A DNA stretch of 64,000 nucleotides, from NCBI GenBank assembly GCA_001442985.1, contig LDYB01000007.1, positions 3,288 through 67,287 on the forward strand, written 5' to 3'. Positions 10,542 to 20,678 of this stretch are shown here, one piece after another (within the stretch, counting starts at the first letter, position 1; each line of letters starts with the position of its first letter). The stretch is from Armatimonadetes bacterium DC (GTDB lineage Bacteria; Armatimonadota; Fimbriimonadia; Fimbriimonadales; GBS-DC). The notes below the pieces were generated by a model. It made no database searches. It saw nothing but the letters and a program-made list of their open reading frames with translations, and was not told the DNA's origin. The translations under genes and the position numbers were made by a program.

Positions 10542-12101
10542 CTACTCCACGCGGAAGAGGCGCCTGTCTACAAAGGTCTGCCCGAACATGTCTGTGGTGC
10601 GTACATAGAGGACATGCGTGCCGCGCGGGAGGTTGGCGGGCAGGCGTCCGCCCCACAGGTGAGGGCAGGGCATCGCGCCCGGCAAAGCGCGTCCCGGGAG
10701 TTTGTATTCCGTCTCGAGGCGTTTGAGTTCGGCATAGGCGGGGTCTACGCGCCCCTGCACGGGCTGGAGCCGTATCCATTCACCCTGTTCCCCGACACGC
10801 ATCTCCACCACAGAGCGCTCCGAGCCAGCGAACACATTCACCAGCACCTCGGTTTCGGCGAGTTGCGCTTGCGGGATCGCGTCGGGCAGGTAGATGTTCA
10901 TCTGGTAGTCCGCGGGGCGTCGCGACGCCTGATAGCGAATGCGGAACTTCGCGCGGTCAAAAGACACCCACAGGTAGCCGTTGGGCGTGCCATCGCGCAT
11001 GGTGGTGTGGGGGATGCCCGTCGGGTCGGGCGCGCCCGTCCACCAGCTGCCGCAGACAGTTACGGCGTTCCAGTGCAGGTGGGGTTGGCGTCCCTGCCAG
11101 CCATCCGCCGCGCCGAAGAAGCGCTGGGTCTGATAGTGGGTATGCGCCGAAAAAGAAAGTGTGTTGGGAAACGGTGCGAGCAGTTCGAACACGGCACGAC
11201 GCTCCTCTTCAGGCCATTCCCACATCGGGATGTGCATACACAACACCACCCAGTGCTGGCGCGGTACATATTGCAGGTAGTTGCGGATGAATTCAATCTG
11301 TCGTTCGCCCAGTCCTGCCCGGTAGCGCCCGCGCTGACCGTTGCGTGCGCCCTCCCATACCACATCGTCCAGCACGAGGAAATGCACATGCCCGTACTGG
11401 AAGGCGTAATAGTTCGGTCCGAACACGCGCTCCCAGGTTTCGTCGCTATGTTCGTCGTCGGGCGAGTCGTAGTTCATATCGTGGTTGCCCAGCACATAGT
11501 AGAAGGGGATGCCGATGCGCCCGATTGCCTGAATCAGCGGGGGCATCACGGTGAGGTCATCAAAAACCACATCGCCCAGCACAATGCCGAACGCCGCTTC
11601 GCGGGTTCCTATCAGTTCCCGGAGCACATCGTGCGCGATATAGCTCACCTCGCGCAGGTCGCGGGGCTGGGTGTCTCCGAACATCAATACTGTGAACCGT
11701 TCCGACTCGCGTTGAGGGTAAAGCGGAAAGTCTACCGAAGCGGGCAGAGGTCCCGTGGGCGCAACGCCACGATAGCGCACCGGAGGGGAGCCTTGCGGCT
11801 TGTGGATATAGTAGAAGCGCGGCACATTGTCGGAGTCTATCGCGGTACGCCAGCCGCGGGGCTTAATCACGAAAATCTTCGTGTCTTCCCCCACAGGCAG
11901 GCGGTAGCGCCCTTTCGAGTCGGTGCGCACCACCTCACGCTGATTGGAGACCAGCACATTCGGGATGCCTGGCTCTCCTGAGTCGCGAACCCCGTTCTGA
12001 TTGCGGTCATGGTACACCACGCCTTCTACAAACGCGCCCTGCTGTGCCCAGACCAGCGTTAGGAGCGCAAGCAGACCCGTCAACACCATCCCTTTTCGCA
12101 T
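10542..12101 (-). CDS. Secreted calcineurin-like metallophosphoesterase with SdrD/Cna-B-like N-terminus
   Basis: Signal peptide; 'VYHDRNQNGVRD..EPG', 'GDTQ', 'LGD', 'GNHD', 'SAHTH', 'GSWW', 'DGTPNGY'. Confidence 0.88.
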   Translation of the reverse strand: MRKGMVLTGLLALLTLVWAQQGAFVEGVVYHDRNQNGVRDSGEPGIPNVLVSNQREVVRTDSKGRYRLPVGEDTKIFVIKPRGWRTAIDSDNVPRFYYIHKPQGSPPVRYRGVAPTGPLPASVDFPLYPQRESERFTVLMFGDTQPRDLREVSYIAHDVLRELIGTREAAFGIVLGDVVFDDLTVMPPLIQAIGRIGIPFYYVLGNHDMNYDSPDDEHSDETWERVFGPNYYAFQYGHVHFLVLDDVVWEGARNGQRGRYRAGLGERQIEFIRNYLQYVPRQHWVVLCMHIPMWEWPEEERRAVFELLAPFPNTLSFSAHTHYQTQRFFGAADGWQGRQPHLHWNAVTVCGSWWTGAPDPTGIPHTTMRDGTPNGYLWVSFDRAKFRIRYQASRRPADYQMNIYLPDAIPQAQLAETEVLVNVFAGSERSVVEMRVGEQGEWIRLQPVQGRVDPAYAELKRLETEYKLPGRALPGAMPCPHLWGGRLPANLPRGTHVLYVRTTDMFGQTFVDRRLFRVE

Positions 12102-12149
12102 GCGAGTACCCTCGTGCAAAGAATACGCCGTGCGAGAGGGGGTTCCTGT

Positions 12150-13400
12150 TTATCCACTCTCCTCCACAGGCAGCCACACGCGGAAGGTGCTGCCCACGCG
12201 GTACTCGCTCTCCACCTCCACACGCCCCCCATGGGACTCCACAATATGTTTTACGATGGAGAGTCCCAACCCTGTGCCGCCTGTATCGCGCGAGCGGGTC
12301 TTGTCCACCCGATAGAAGCGCTCAAAAATGCGCGGGATTTCGGAGCTGGGAATGCCGATTCCTGTGTCCTGTACTTCCACCACCACGAAGCCGTCGCGCA
12401 TGGCGGCGCGCACCCACACATGACCGCCCTGCTTGTTGTAGCGTATCGCGTTCGTGAGCAGGTTCAGCAGCACCTGCACCATCTGGTCTCGGCTGGCGAG
12501 CAATCGGAGGGGTTCCTGCAGTTCGCACTCAATGGTAACCTCGCGCTCTTTGGCTTCGCCCTGAACCTGTTGCACCACACTCCGAATGATGGGCGCGAGG
12601 TCTACTGGCTCTTTCTCTGGTGGGAGCGACTCGGCGCGGGATAGCACCAGCAGGTCGTCGGCAATACGGGCGAGGCGCTCGGTCTCCTGAACTATCAGCT
12701 GCAGGAAGCGTTCGCGCGTTTCGGGGGGCATCGCGCCGTCGTGCAACAGGGTTTCCGCCAGCGAACGAATGGACGCCAGCGGCGTGCGGAACTCGTGTGA
12801 GACATTCGCCACAAAATCGCGACGCACCTGCTCCAGCCGAACCAGCTCGCTCTTATCCAGCAACGCCACCGCGAACAGAGGGGTATTGCCGTCATCCCCC
12901 AGATACCAGATGCTTGCGACCACATGGCGCTCACGCGGATAGCTCAGCACAATTTCGCTGGTCAACTGATAGCGCCGTTGCACCGCATGCAGGTATAGCA
13001 CATAGAGGTCGTAGCAGAAGGTGAGCGCTATAATCGACTTGCCTGTGAGCGGGCGATAGCCGAACCACTCATAGGCGGTGTGATTCACGAAACGCAGGTT
13101 GGCGTCCTGATCCCCAATCAGAATTGGGATGGGCAGCCCTTCCGCGAAACTGATGAATCGTCGGCGCAGGCGGGCAAAATCCAGGGTCTGGACCTCGTTC
13201 TCGGCGGCGAGGGTCTTGACGCGATTTTCCAGCTGTGCCTGATGCTGGGCTTCCTGACGCAGAAACCAGTAGACCAGAAGCCATGCACCCACCATCAAGA
13301 TGGCGAGCGTTTCCACACCTGCTGGCGGGAGCGAAAAGAGGGCAATCGAGGCAGAAAGAATAGCCCCCACCGCTGCCAGACGCAGTGCCCACACTCTCAT
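12150..13400 (-). CDS. phoR: PhoR-like sensor histidine kinase
   Basis: 2 TM segments, PAS, 'RDFVANVSHEFRTPL', N-box, 'DTGIGI', 'FERFYRVD', 'GTGLGLSIVKH'. Confidence 0.85.
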   Translation of the reverse strand: MRVWALRLAAVGAILSASIALFSLPPAGVETLAILMVGAWLLVYWFLRQEAQHQAQLENRVKTLAAENEVQTLDFARLRRRFISFAEGLPIPILIGDQDANLRFVNHTAYEWFGYRPLTGKSIIALTFCYDLYVLYLHAVQRRYQLTSEIVLSYPRERHVVASIWYLGDDGNTPLFAVALLDKSELVRLEQVRRDFVANVSHEFRTPLASIRSLAETLLHDGAMPPETRERFLQLIVQETERLARIADDLLVLSRAESLPPEKEPVDLAPIIRSVVQQVQGEAKEREVTIECELQEPLRLLASRDQMVQVLLNLLTNAIRYNKQGGHVWVRAAMRDGFVVVEVQDTGIGIPSSEIPRIFERFYRVDKTRSRDTGGTGLGLSIVKHIVESHGGRVEVESEYRVGSTFRVWLPVEESG

Positions 13401-13483
13401 AAAGAAGGCTCGCCTCTCCCGTATCAGTATACCTGTAATGGCGCAGTAACCCCTTAATTGTGCCATAAGCGGGGCGCCGTACT

Positions 13484-13681
13484 ATGCCGAGAATTGCCAT
13501 TATGCAAATCAAAGGCGTTTCGGAGACGATGGTCAGTGCCGTGGGGGCAGGGGAGCCAACCCTCAAGGCACAGGCGCAGGTGAAGCTCGCTAAAAAAGTG
13601 CTGGACATGCAGAAAGAGCAGATGGCGACCTTGCTGAATCAGATGCAGGGGCTGGGTCAACGCATCGATGTGAGGGTCTGA
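13484..13681 (+). CDS. YjfB-like small (putative motility) protein
   Basis: 'AKKVLDMQK...LL...GLGQRIDVRV' pattern. Confidence 0.65.
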   Translation: MPRIAIMQIKGVSETMVSAVGAGEPTLKAQAQVKLAKKVLDMQKEQMATLLNQMQGLGQRIDVRV

Positions 13682-13703
13682 AGCGGGTACACTTTACCCC
13701 GCG

Positions 13704-14336
13704 ATGGTTCGGCTTTATCTGGTACGCCACGGGCAGACCGCGTGGAACGAGGTCGGGCGCATTCAGGGGCATTCGGATGTGCCGCTGGATGCCGTCGGTT
13801 TGCGTCAGGCGGAGCAGACCGCCCGCTGGCTCGCCGAAACCCTCCCGAACCCGCAGGGCGTGTACACCAGCGACCTCCAGCGTGCGGCGCAAACCGCGGA
13901 GGCAATCGCACGCGCCCTCAACCGCCCGCTCTATCCCGAGCCGCGCCTGCGCGAACGATTCTGGGGCGACTGGGAGGGACTCACCCTTGACGAGGTGCGC
14001 GAACGCTACCCCGATCAGCATCTGACCTACCTGTATGACCCCATCCACGGCACGCCACCGAACGCCGAGCCGATGGAGGCGTTCTGGGAGCGCGTGAGAG
14101 ATTTCGCCCACACGCTGTTCAAAACCCACGCGGAAGGCGACTGGGTGATTGTGGGGCACGGCGGGAGCCTGCGCATCATTTTGTGCGAGGTGCTGGCAGG
14201 GGATGTGCAGACCTATCGGCGCATTCGGCTGGACAACACCAGCATCTCTATTGTAGAACATACAGGCGAGCGCGTGTATGTGGCGCTGCTGAACTCCACG
14301 GTTCATCTGCAGGACCCTTCGGTGGATGGCTTCTAA
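13704..14336 (+). CDS. Histidine phosphatase family protein (GpmB/CobC-like)
   Basis: 'LVRHGQT.WN', 'SDLQRA', 'E..WGDWEG', 'HGG'. Confidence 0.9.
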   Translation: MVRLYLVRHGQTAWNEVGRIQGHSDVPLDAVGLRQAEQTARWLAETLPNPQGVYTSDLQRAAQTAEAIARALNRPLYPEPRLRERFWGDWEGLTLDEVRERYPDQHLTYLYDPIHGTPPNAEPMEAFWERVRDFAHTLFKTHAEGDWVIVGHGGSLRIILCEVLAGDVQTYRRIRLDNTSISIVEHTGERVYVALLNSTVHLQDPSVDGF

Positions 14337-14459
14337 CATGTAAGGTGAGCCAAGATGTGCTGGCTCAGGCGCGTCGGTGTGGTTGTGTGTCGTCCCTATG
14401 CGTGGCGGGCGGCGCTCTTGACAAAGGCGTCGCCTCTGGACTGGGAGGTTCGGCTTGCG

Positions 14460-15011
14460 CAGGCACTGGTGCAGGCGACCGAGACCATCAAGCTGATTCT
14501 GGGCGTGGGCGAGCCGCTGATTGGGCGGTTGCTGCTGCTGGACGCCCTGCAGATGCGCTGGCGCGAACTGAAACTGCGCAAAGACCCCAACTGCCCCGTG
14601 TGTGGCGAGAACCCCACCGTGCGCGAGCTGATTGACTACGCCGAGTTCTGTGGCATACGCGGGGAGGAGGCGCCCGTGCAGACCGAGGGGCTGCCCTGCA
14701 TCACGCCTGCGCAGCTCAAGGAGCGGCTGGAGCGCGGCGAGCCGCTGGTGATTCTGGATGTGCGCGAGCCGTTTGAACTGCAAATCAGCCGACTGCCGTA
14801 CCCGTTCCGACACATCCCGATGGGCGAGGTGCTGGAGCGCGTGCATGAGCTGAACCCCGCGGACGAGATTGTGGTGGTGTGCCGTTCGGGCGGGCGGAGC
14901 GCCCAAATTGCGCGCCTGCTGCAGACGATGGGCTTCGGCAAGGTCAAAAACCTGATTGGTGGCGTCAACGCCTACGCGCAGGAGGTGGACCCAAGCATTT
15001 CAGTGTATTGA
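14460..15011 (+). pseudogene. moeB: 5'-truncated MoeB/MoeZ (C-terminal MoeB segment + rhodanese)
   Basis: Homology starts only at 'VQATETIKLILGVGEPLIGRLL..DAL...RKDPNCPVCG'; rhodanese 'CRSGGRS'; N-terminal ThiF GxGG domain absent. Confidence 0.75.
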
Positions 15012-15112
15012 GGTGGGCGTTTGGGAGGGATATGGAGCGGTGCGAGCACTGCGGCACACTGAACGAGGGTTGTGCGAGAGCAGAAACTCCAAGCGATGTT
15101 TGCTCCCAGAAA

Positions 15113-15155
15113 GCAGGAATCCTTCCCCGCGAGGCGAATCTGCCTTGCAAGGAGG
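15113..15155 (+). promoter_or_regulatory. SigH-like promoter motif plus RBS with no clear downstream gene
   Basis: GCAGGAATC-N12-GCGAATC...GCAAGGAGG; same motif and -35/-10 spacing at 23443 and 29059. Confidence 0.5.
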
Positions 15156-15447
15156 TGAGAGCCTCACTCCACAATCGAGCGAGTTGGGAAGCCTTCTGGG
15201 CGTGGCGTCGTGTGCCCACTCATTTTGAGCGCGGATGGCGCACTGAGCTCTTGTTGTGTTATTGGGCGTCTCCTATGCCTCCGAAGAAGGTAGCGGTTTG
15301 CTTTCTGCAGAAAGGCGAGCGCCACAAAAAAGGTCAACGCTCGTAACAGGTTCTTTCGTGTTCCACCTCCAAGTGTCCCTGCTTGAACTCAAATAGTGCG
15401 TTCCTGCTCGCGCTCTGAGGGTGTTCGAAAAATTCTCTTATGTGCCC

Positions 15448-15544
15448 GACGGCTGAAGCCGTTCCTATGAGACGAAGCCGACCTTCGTCGGCTAAAACAG
15501 CCAGCGCAGGCTGGCTTTGTTTCTTAGGAACGGGTTCACCCGTC
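15448..15544. repeat. REP/REPIN-like doublet: two 46-bp palindromic units in inverted orientation
   Basis: 15448-15493 resembles the reverse complement of 15499-15544; each unit has two internal hairpins. Confidence 0.75.
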
Positions 15545-15663
15545 CTGTTCAGCGGTGATTTTCCGAACACCCTCTCGCGCTCTTGACTAAACCCCGTCCG
15601 GCATGCGGCATGCTATAGTAATTTTGCGCATGTTCTGCACAAAGCGTTTGAGGAGGCACTGCG

Positions 15664-16638
15664 ATGAAACGGACAAACCTCTTGTTGCTGGGGTACGACG
15701 CCGAGGGGCAGTTGACCAGCCTGCAGAAGCAAGGAGAGAGCGTGGGCTGGGTGTATGAGTATGACGGTTTGGGTCGTCGGGTGCGGGCGGTGCGTGGCAC
15801 GCTTCAGGTGGCATATCTTTATTCAGGCGATACGGTGGTGGCAGAGCGTGTGAATGGGGAGTGGGTATACTACGGGTACGGTAGTGTGATGTACGCCCAG
15901 TCATCCAGCACGGGGACTGAGTTCAAGCACTGGAACTTGCGTGGGGACTTAGCCGCGAAGTCCACTGCCAGTGGTGCGTACCTGCCTGCGCCCCTCACGG
16001 ACGCCTTCGGCGATTTGGTAAGCGGCACACGGGAGACTTACGACTGGAACGGGGCGTGGGGTTATCGGAATGAGCCGTTCAGTGGCGGGTTGGAGAAGGT
16101 GGGGGTTCGGTGGTATGACCCTGCAGTAGGGCGGTTTTTGCAGATGGATCCGTGGCTGGGGGATATTTATCAGCCGCTGACGCTGAACGGGTATGGGTAT
16201 TGCTTGAATGACCCGCTGCAGTGCGTGGATCCGAGAGGGCTGTGGTACATCAAAATAGGATTCTCTCTCGATATAACCTTCGGTGGGTGGGTGAACCTGG
16301 AAATCGGTATTGGTGTAGGAACAGATCCTGGAGGGAGAATCGTGGGGCGACCATACATCAACACTGGGATAGGTGGAGGTGCTCCCCCTGCAGCAAGTGT
16401 TGGTATTCGGATCGGTGTCAGCCCAGGAGGGAATCTGCCCCCAAGAGGTGTGCCTAGAAACGATTTTGCAGGCACAGTGGGGATTACGACACCTGTGTGC
16501 GGTATTGATGTCAATATTCCAATAAATATTCCTGTACCTGGCTGGCGCGACCCTGAATACGGGATTACCGTCGGTCCGACTTTTCCTCCGGGAATGCCGA
16601 TGCTATACGGGGGTGTATCACAAACAATATGGCTGTGA
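15664..16638 (+). CDS. Rhs fragment (YD repeats + core) with variable C-terminal toxin domain
   Basis: 'YDAEGQL', 'YEYDGLGRR', '[15 protein letters not shown]', '[17 protein letters not shown]' cleavage motif, then a Gly-rich CT. Confidence 0.88.
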   Translation: MKRTNLLLLGYDAEGQLTSLQKQGESVGWVYEYDGLGRRVRAVRGTLQVAYLYSGDTVVAERVNGEWVYYGYGSVMYAQSSSTGTEFKHWNLRGDLAAKSTASGAYLPAPLTDAFGDLVSGTRETYDWNGAWGYRNEPFSGGLEKVGVRWYDPAVGRFLQMDPWLGDIYQPLTLNGYGYCLNDPLQCVDPRGLWYIKIGFSLDITFGGWVNLEIGIGVGTDPGGRIVGRPYINTGIGGGAPPAASVGIRIGVSPGGNLPPRGVPRNDFAGTVGITTPVCGIDVNIPINIPVPGWRDPEYGITVGPTFPPGMPMLYGGVSQTIWL

Positions 16639-17060
16639 AACAAAAAACTTTCAGAGTGGCTGCCGATATGGCACAGATTGTGAGGGAGTTCCGCCAGAGG
16701 TACTGGCGATGGCACATCAGACTGCCATTTGGCTTGATTCTGTTGCCCATGCTGCCGTTTGCGTGCTTCCTTTCTTTTCTGTTTTACATCGAGGAGTGTG
16801 CATTAGAGGAGCTGGCTGCGCCAGAGAAAAGGTGTCCCCATAGGAGTGGTCTTGTTCGAGGTCTCGTTACCATCACAAAAGAGGTGATACGCTCCGGCTT
16901 CGTGAGCATAAGCTGGGATGTGGCAGATGAGTCGCTTGCCGATTGGCTTCAGCGCACGCATCGCGCTTTGTTTTCAGGGGGCTTGGTCGTATCTCTTGTC
17001 GTGGAGACGATTGCTTCTTTGGTGATATGGTACGCGCTGCTTTTGTCGATTGTGCAATAG
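16629..17060 (+). CDS. Putative membrane immunity protein for Rhs-CT1
   Basis: Small 2-TM ORF overlapping the Rhs stop; role inferred from position. Confidence 0.55.
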   Translation: MAVKQKTFRVAADMAQIVREFRQRYWRWHIRLPFGLILLPMLPFACFLSFLFYIEECALEELAAPEKRCPHRSGLVRGLVTITKEVIRSGFVSISWDVADESLADWLQRTHRALFSGGLVVSLVVETIASLVIWYALLLSIVQ

Positions 17061-17084
17061 CTGCACCCGGCTGGAGGAGGAGAG

Positions 17085-17513
17085 ATGAAGAGCAAGGTGC
17101 TGATTTTTCTGTTTGTAGGTTTAGCACTTGTTGTTGTGTGCTGCGGCACTGGTATTTACTTGGTTGTCCGCAACACTGTTTCGGGCTATCAGGAGATATC
17201 ATCCACAGGCTTACGAGTAGTGGAGCTCCTGAACAGGAACGCCTACGCATCGGTGGTAGAAATGGTGGCTCCATCATCGCGTGGGAATTTGTCAGAGCCT
17301 ATCATTCGCCAGCGGTGGGAAATCTTCACACGCGCGATTGGAGGGGCGCGCACATGGGGCGTTCACGACTTCAATATCCAGTCGTTCGGTACTCGACAGC
17401 AAGCGAGTTTACGGATATGGGTTCGCGGGGACAAGGGGGAAGGCAGGGTAGACATCGAGTTTCAACAGCAGGGCGATAAGTGGTGGATTACGGACTTGAA
17501 ATGGGTATGGTAA
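17085..17513 (+). CDS. Membrane-anchored hypothetical protein (possible orphan immunity)
   Basis: RBS GGAGGAG; N-terminal TM with 'CCG'; NTF2-like ending 'QQGDKWWITDL'. Confidence 0.6.
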   Translation: MKSKVLIFLFVGLALVVVCCGTGIYLVVRNTVSGYQEISSTGLRVVELLNRNAYASVVEMVAPSSRGNLSEPIIRQRWEIFTRAIGGARTWGVHDFNIQSFGTRQQASLRIWVRGDKGEGRVDIEFQQQGDKWWITDLKWVW

Positions 17514-17530
17514 ATGTGGGGTAAACCGAC

Positions 17531-18193
17531 ATGGTTACTCGCTTCAGCACGGGAACGGAATATCAGCACTGGAGCTGGCGCGGGGATCTGGTGGCGAAGC
17601 CCACCGCCAGTGGCACATATTCGCCTGCGCCGATAACCGATGCGTTTGGCGACACGGTAAGCGGCACACGGGAGACTTACGACTGGAACGGGGCGTGGGG
17701 TTATCGGAACGAGCCGTTCAGTGGTGGGTTGCAAAAAGTGGGTGTGCGCTGGTACGACCCTGTGGTAGGGCGGTTTTTGCAGCTGGATCCATGGCTGGGG
17801 GATATTTATCAGCCGCTGACGCTGAACGGGTATGGGTATTGCTTGAATGACCCGCTGCAGTGCGTGGATCCGAGTGGCAAACTTCCAGTAATTGCGGTCA
17901 TTTTGATAGGAGCAGTTAGTGGTGCAATTGCAGGCACGGTAACTGAAATTATCATCCAGTCCATAGATGACAAACCCGGCATAAACTGGGGCGATGTTGG
18001 TCAGGAAGCCATCGGCGGGGCTGTCGGAGGCGGGATTGCAGGACCTGTAAGTGGAAGGATCTTGCGCCCTGTAGGCAAATGGTGTGCCCGCCGGTTTTTT
18101 GGTCCGGGTCTCGGCGAAGGAAGACCGACCTTGCGAGCCAGCCGAAATCGGTGTCTTTACAACAAGTGTGATGGAGGAAGCGATAATGTCTGA
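17531..18193 (+). CDS. Second orphan Rhs core fragment + glycine-zipper-like CT
   Basis: Core highly similar to the first copy; 'DPSGK' followed by hydrophobic GxxxG helices. Confidence 0.8.
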   Translation: MVTRFSTGTEYQHWSWRGDLVAKPTASGTYSPAPITDAFGDTVSGTRETYDWNGAWGYRNEPFSGGLQKVGVRWYDPVVGRFLQLDPWLGDIYQPLTLNGYGYCLNDPLQCVDPSGKLPVIAVILIGAVSGAIAGTVTEIIIQSIDDKPGINWGDVGQEAIGGAVGGGIAGPVSGRILRPVGKWCARRFFGPGLGEGRPTLRASRNRCLYNKCDGGSDNV

Positions 18194-18536
18194 ACACCAT
18201 CAAAAACCGGCAAAGGAAGAGAACCCTCACGAGGAAGGGAAGAATTCAGCGTTTCGAACGGTACTGTATACTTCCCTCGCAGGAGGGGGTAGTGGGATTT
18301 TTGTGTCGGTCATGCTTGGCGAAAGTCGCCAAGAACTTGTGAAAAATCCCATGGATGTTGTTATTTTTCTACTCTTAGTTGCTGTAGGGAACGTACTGGG
18401 AATTATCGTTGGGCATCGTTTGGGAAACTCCTGTGAGTCTCGGCTTGGTTGCCGATGTATTTTGGCGGTTATTCTCGCGTTTTTGGCTTCTCTGGTCTTG
18501 CCGATAGGGTATATTGTGTTCAAGAGGTTCTCTTAG
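18186..18536 (+). CDS. Putative membrane immunity protein for Rhs-CT2
   Basis: RBS GGAGG, ATG 18186 overlapping the Rhs stop; 3 hydrophobic segments. Confidence 0.55.
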   Translation: MSEHHQKPAKEENPHEEGKNSAFRTVLYTSLAGGGSGIFVSVMLGESRQELVKNPMDVVIFLLLVAVGNVLGIIVGHRLGNSCESRLGCRCILAVILAFLASLVLPIGYIVFKRFS

Positions 18537-18552
18537 AATCTGCTGGCGCCTT

Positions 18553-19881
18553 TCAGGAGACAGTTTCGCCGACGGGCACGCGCCGTGCGAGATGCACACC
18601 CAGATAGGCAATTTCCGCCAGCGCCGCCACCTGAAACGCCAGCGTGCCGACCGTCAGCCCCACATACGCGCCGTGCTGGCTCCAGTCCCCTGCAAGCCAC
18701 GCGCCTGCAAAAAGCAACCCCGTGTTGACCAGCAGGTTCAGCGCCATGCCCCGGTAGATCACTGGCGTCTGTTTGCGCAGAATCAGCACCCCACGCAGGG
18801 TGGAGCCGATTGCGGTGAAGGCAGGCAGGAGCAGGCAGAGCAGAACGCCATAGCGTACAGGCTTCAGTTCAGGCGCCAGCGCCAGCACTCTATCGGTGAA
18901 CAGGGTGAGCAACGGGGTGAACCCCACAGCCGCCAGAAACCCCGATGTGCCCAGCGCTACCCACAGGGTGAAACGCCTGAGCGTCTCCATCGAGACGCCC
19001 TGTTGCAGGGCTGCCACCGCCGCTTCTTGAAGCGCCATGCCCCAGCTGCGCACAATCAGCAGCGAGCCGAACACCACCGTCCACGACGCCAGCGTGATTT
19101 CGGGTTCGGGCATGCGAGCCAGTGCGCTCGCCGTAATCGGATGCACCAGCAGGGTCAACAGCGTGGTGAGCGCCAGCGGCAGGTGGAACCGCCAGATGGC
19201 GCGGAGCGTTAGCGTGGGCGACTCTTCATGCACGGTCAGGACGCGCTCGCGTAGCACGGGATAGGCGAACAGAGTCGTAACGACCGCCTCCACGAACACG
19301 CCCGTCATCACCATCAGCGCGCCCACGATTGCCCCCGGCAGGCGGTTCCACCACAGCAGCGCCAAGCCAACCGTCAAGATGCTCACAAGCCGTATCGCCG
19401 TGCCCCAGGTGACGAATCGTGCGCCGCCGTAGCGCACCAGCACGCCCTGCAGAAACCGACGCCAGCCGATCAGCGCCGTCCAGAGCAACATCACGCGCAT
19501 CGCGCTCCGTCCCGCCTCGCCAACCGCAGGGGGCAGCCCCATCAGGTGGAACGCAATCGCATCATAGAGAGGTGTGAACGCAATCAGCGCGGTGAGCAGG
19601 GTCAGCCCACTAATCAGCAGCAACACAAAGCGCATCAGCGCCAGAAACGACTCGCGCCCCTGCACCAGCGCAATCGCCGTCGCCAGCAGCATAATCACGG
19701 GGCTTTCAATCAGAAGCGACAGCCCCAGCGCCGCGCCAAACCCCGCCAGATGGGTCGCCGAATCGGGGAAACGGCTGAGAATCGCGTTCGTGGCGGGCGA
19801 TTCCATCATCATCAAGGTGAAACTGAGCGCCAGCGGAAGCCATAGCCAGAACAAAACGCGCGTGGAAACGACTCGTTCCAT
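18553..19881 (-). CDS. MATE/MOP-superfamily-like multi-pass transporter
   Basis: About 12 TM segments with two-fold internal repeat ('LPLALS..' / 'LPLALT..'). Confidence 0.7.
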   Translation of the reverse strand: MERVVSTRVLFWLWLPLALSFTLMMMESPATNAILSRFPDSATHLAGFGAALGLSLLIESPVIMLLATAIALVQGRESFLALMRFVLLLISGLTLLTALIAFTPLYDAIAFHLMGLPPAVGEAGRSAMRVMLLWTALIGWRRFLQGVLVRYGGARFVTWGTAIRLVSILTVGLALLWWNRLPGAIVGALMVMTGVFVEAVVTTLFAYPVLRERVLTVHEESPTLTLRAIWRFHLPLALTTLLTLLVHPITASALARMPEPEITLASWTVVFGSLLIVRSWGMALQEAAVAALQQGVSMETLRRFTLWVALGTSGFLAAVGFTPLLTLFTDRVLALAPELKPVRYGVLLCLLLPAFTAIGSTLRGVLILRKQTPVIYRGMALNLLVNTGLLFAGAWLAGDWSQHGAYVGLTVGTLAFQVAALAEIAYLGVHLARRVPVGETVS

Positions 19882-19898
19882 ATGCCCAAGAGGATACC

Positions 19899-20678
19899 TC
19901 AGTTATCCTCCCAGCATGCCCAGAGTTGCGCCAGGGCATAAAACCCCGCGCTCTCCGTGCGCAACACCCGCGCCCCCAGCGAGACGGCGTAAACCGATTC
20001 GCTTTGCGCCATTCGCGCGCGCTCTTCAGGGCTAAATCCTCCTTCGGGACCGACCACCAGTGCCAGCGCCTGAAACGAAGCCATATCGGCTGCCTGCCAC
20101 TCGCGCAGGAGCGCGTTCAGCAGGCGCGTGTGTTCCCACTCGTCCAGCACGAGGATGGGCTTTGGCAACGCCTCAAACGCCTCCCACCAATATTCAAACA
20201 GGCGAATCTGGGGCAATCGCGCGCGGCAGGCAAGCTCTGCCTCCTCGGCGGCGATTTTCTGCCAGCGCTCCTGTCGGGTGCGCCCTTTAGACGCCTCTAA
20301 CTTCACCACCGACCGCTGGCTGGGGGCAACCCACACCGCCGAAACGCCGCCCTGCACACACAGCCGTATCGCCTGCTCCAGCTTTTCGGAGCGCACCAGC
20401 GCCTGCAGCACCACCACCTCCAGCGGCGGCTCGGTGGTGAGGGGATACTGTTGAATCAGCCGAAACTGCCCACGCTCGCCCAGCCGAGCGATCCATGCGT
20501 CGCCCGTGCCGTCCAGCAGGCAGATTCGGTCGCCAGAGCGCAGGCGTAGCACATGCGCCACCTGATGCGCCACCGCGCTGGGCAAAACGCCTTCCTTCAG
20601 CACTTCGGGCGCCACGAAAAAGCGGGGCAGAGCGCGGGGACTCAACTCGCGCTCTTCTGGAACAGGCTGGCGGTCCAT
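19899..20678 (-). CDS. rsmE: 16S rRNA m3U1498 methyltransferase
   Basis: 'HVLRLRSGD', 'VGPEGGFS', 'SLGARVLRTESA'. Confidence 0.93.
   Translation of the reverse strand: MDRQPVPEERELSPRALPRFFVAPEVLKEGVLPSAVAHQVAHVLRLRSGDRICLLDGTGDAWIARLGERGQFRLIQQYPLTTEPPLEVVVLQALVRSEKLEQAIRLCVQGGVSAVWVAPSQRSVVKLEASKGRTRQERWQKIAAEEAELACRARLPQIRLFEYWWEAFEALPKPILVLDEWEHTRLLNALLREWQAADMASFQALALVVGPEGGFSPEERARMAQSESVYAVSLGARVLRTESAGFYALAQLWACWEDN

Larger units (their letters stand above)
15906..17874 (+). repeat. 330-bp Rhs-core direct repeat (15906-16235 vs 17545-17874)
   Basis: Long identical stretches at offset 1639; similarity ends at the DPxG codons. Confidence 0.85.

Noticed and set aside
15906-17874. Rhs core duplication as a DGR template/variable repeat pair
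   Set aside because: No reverse transcriptase, differences are not adenine-specific, and ordinary Rhs CT displacement explains it
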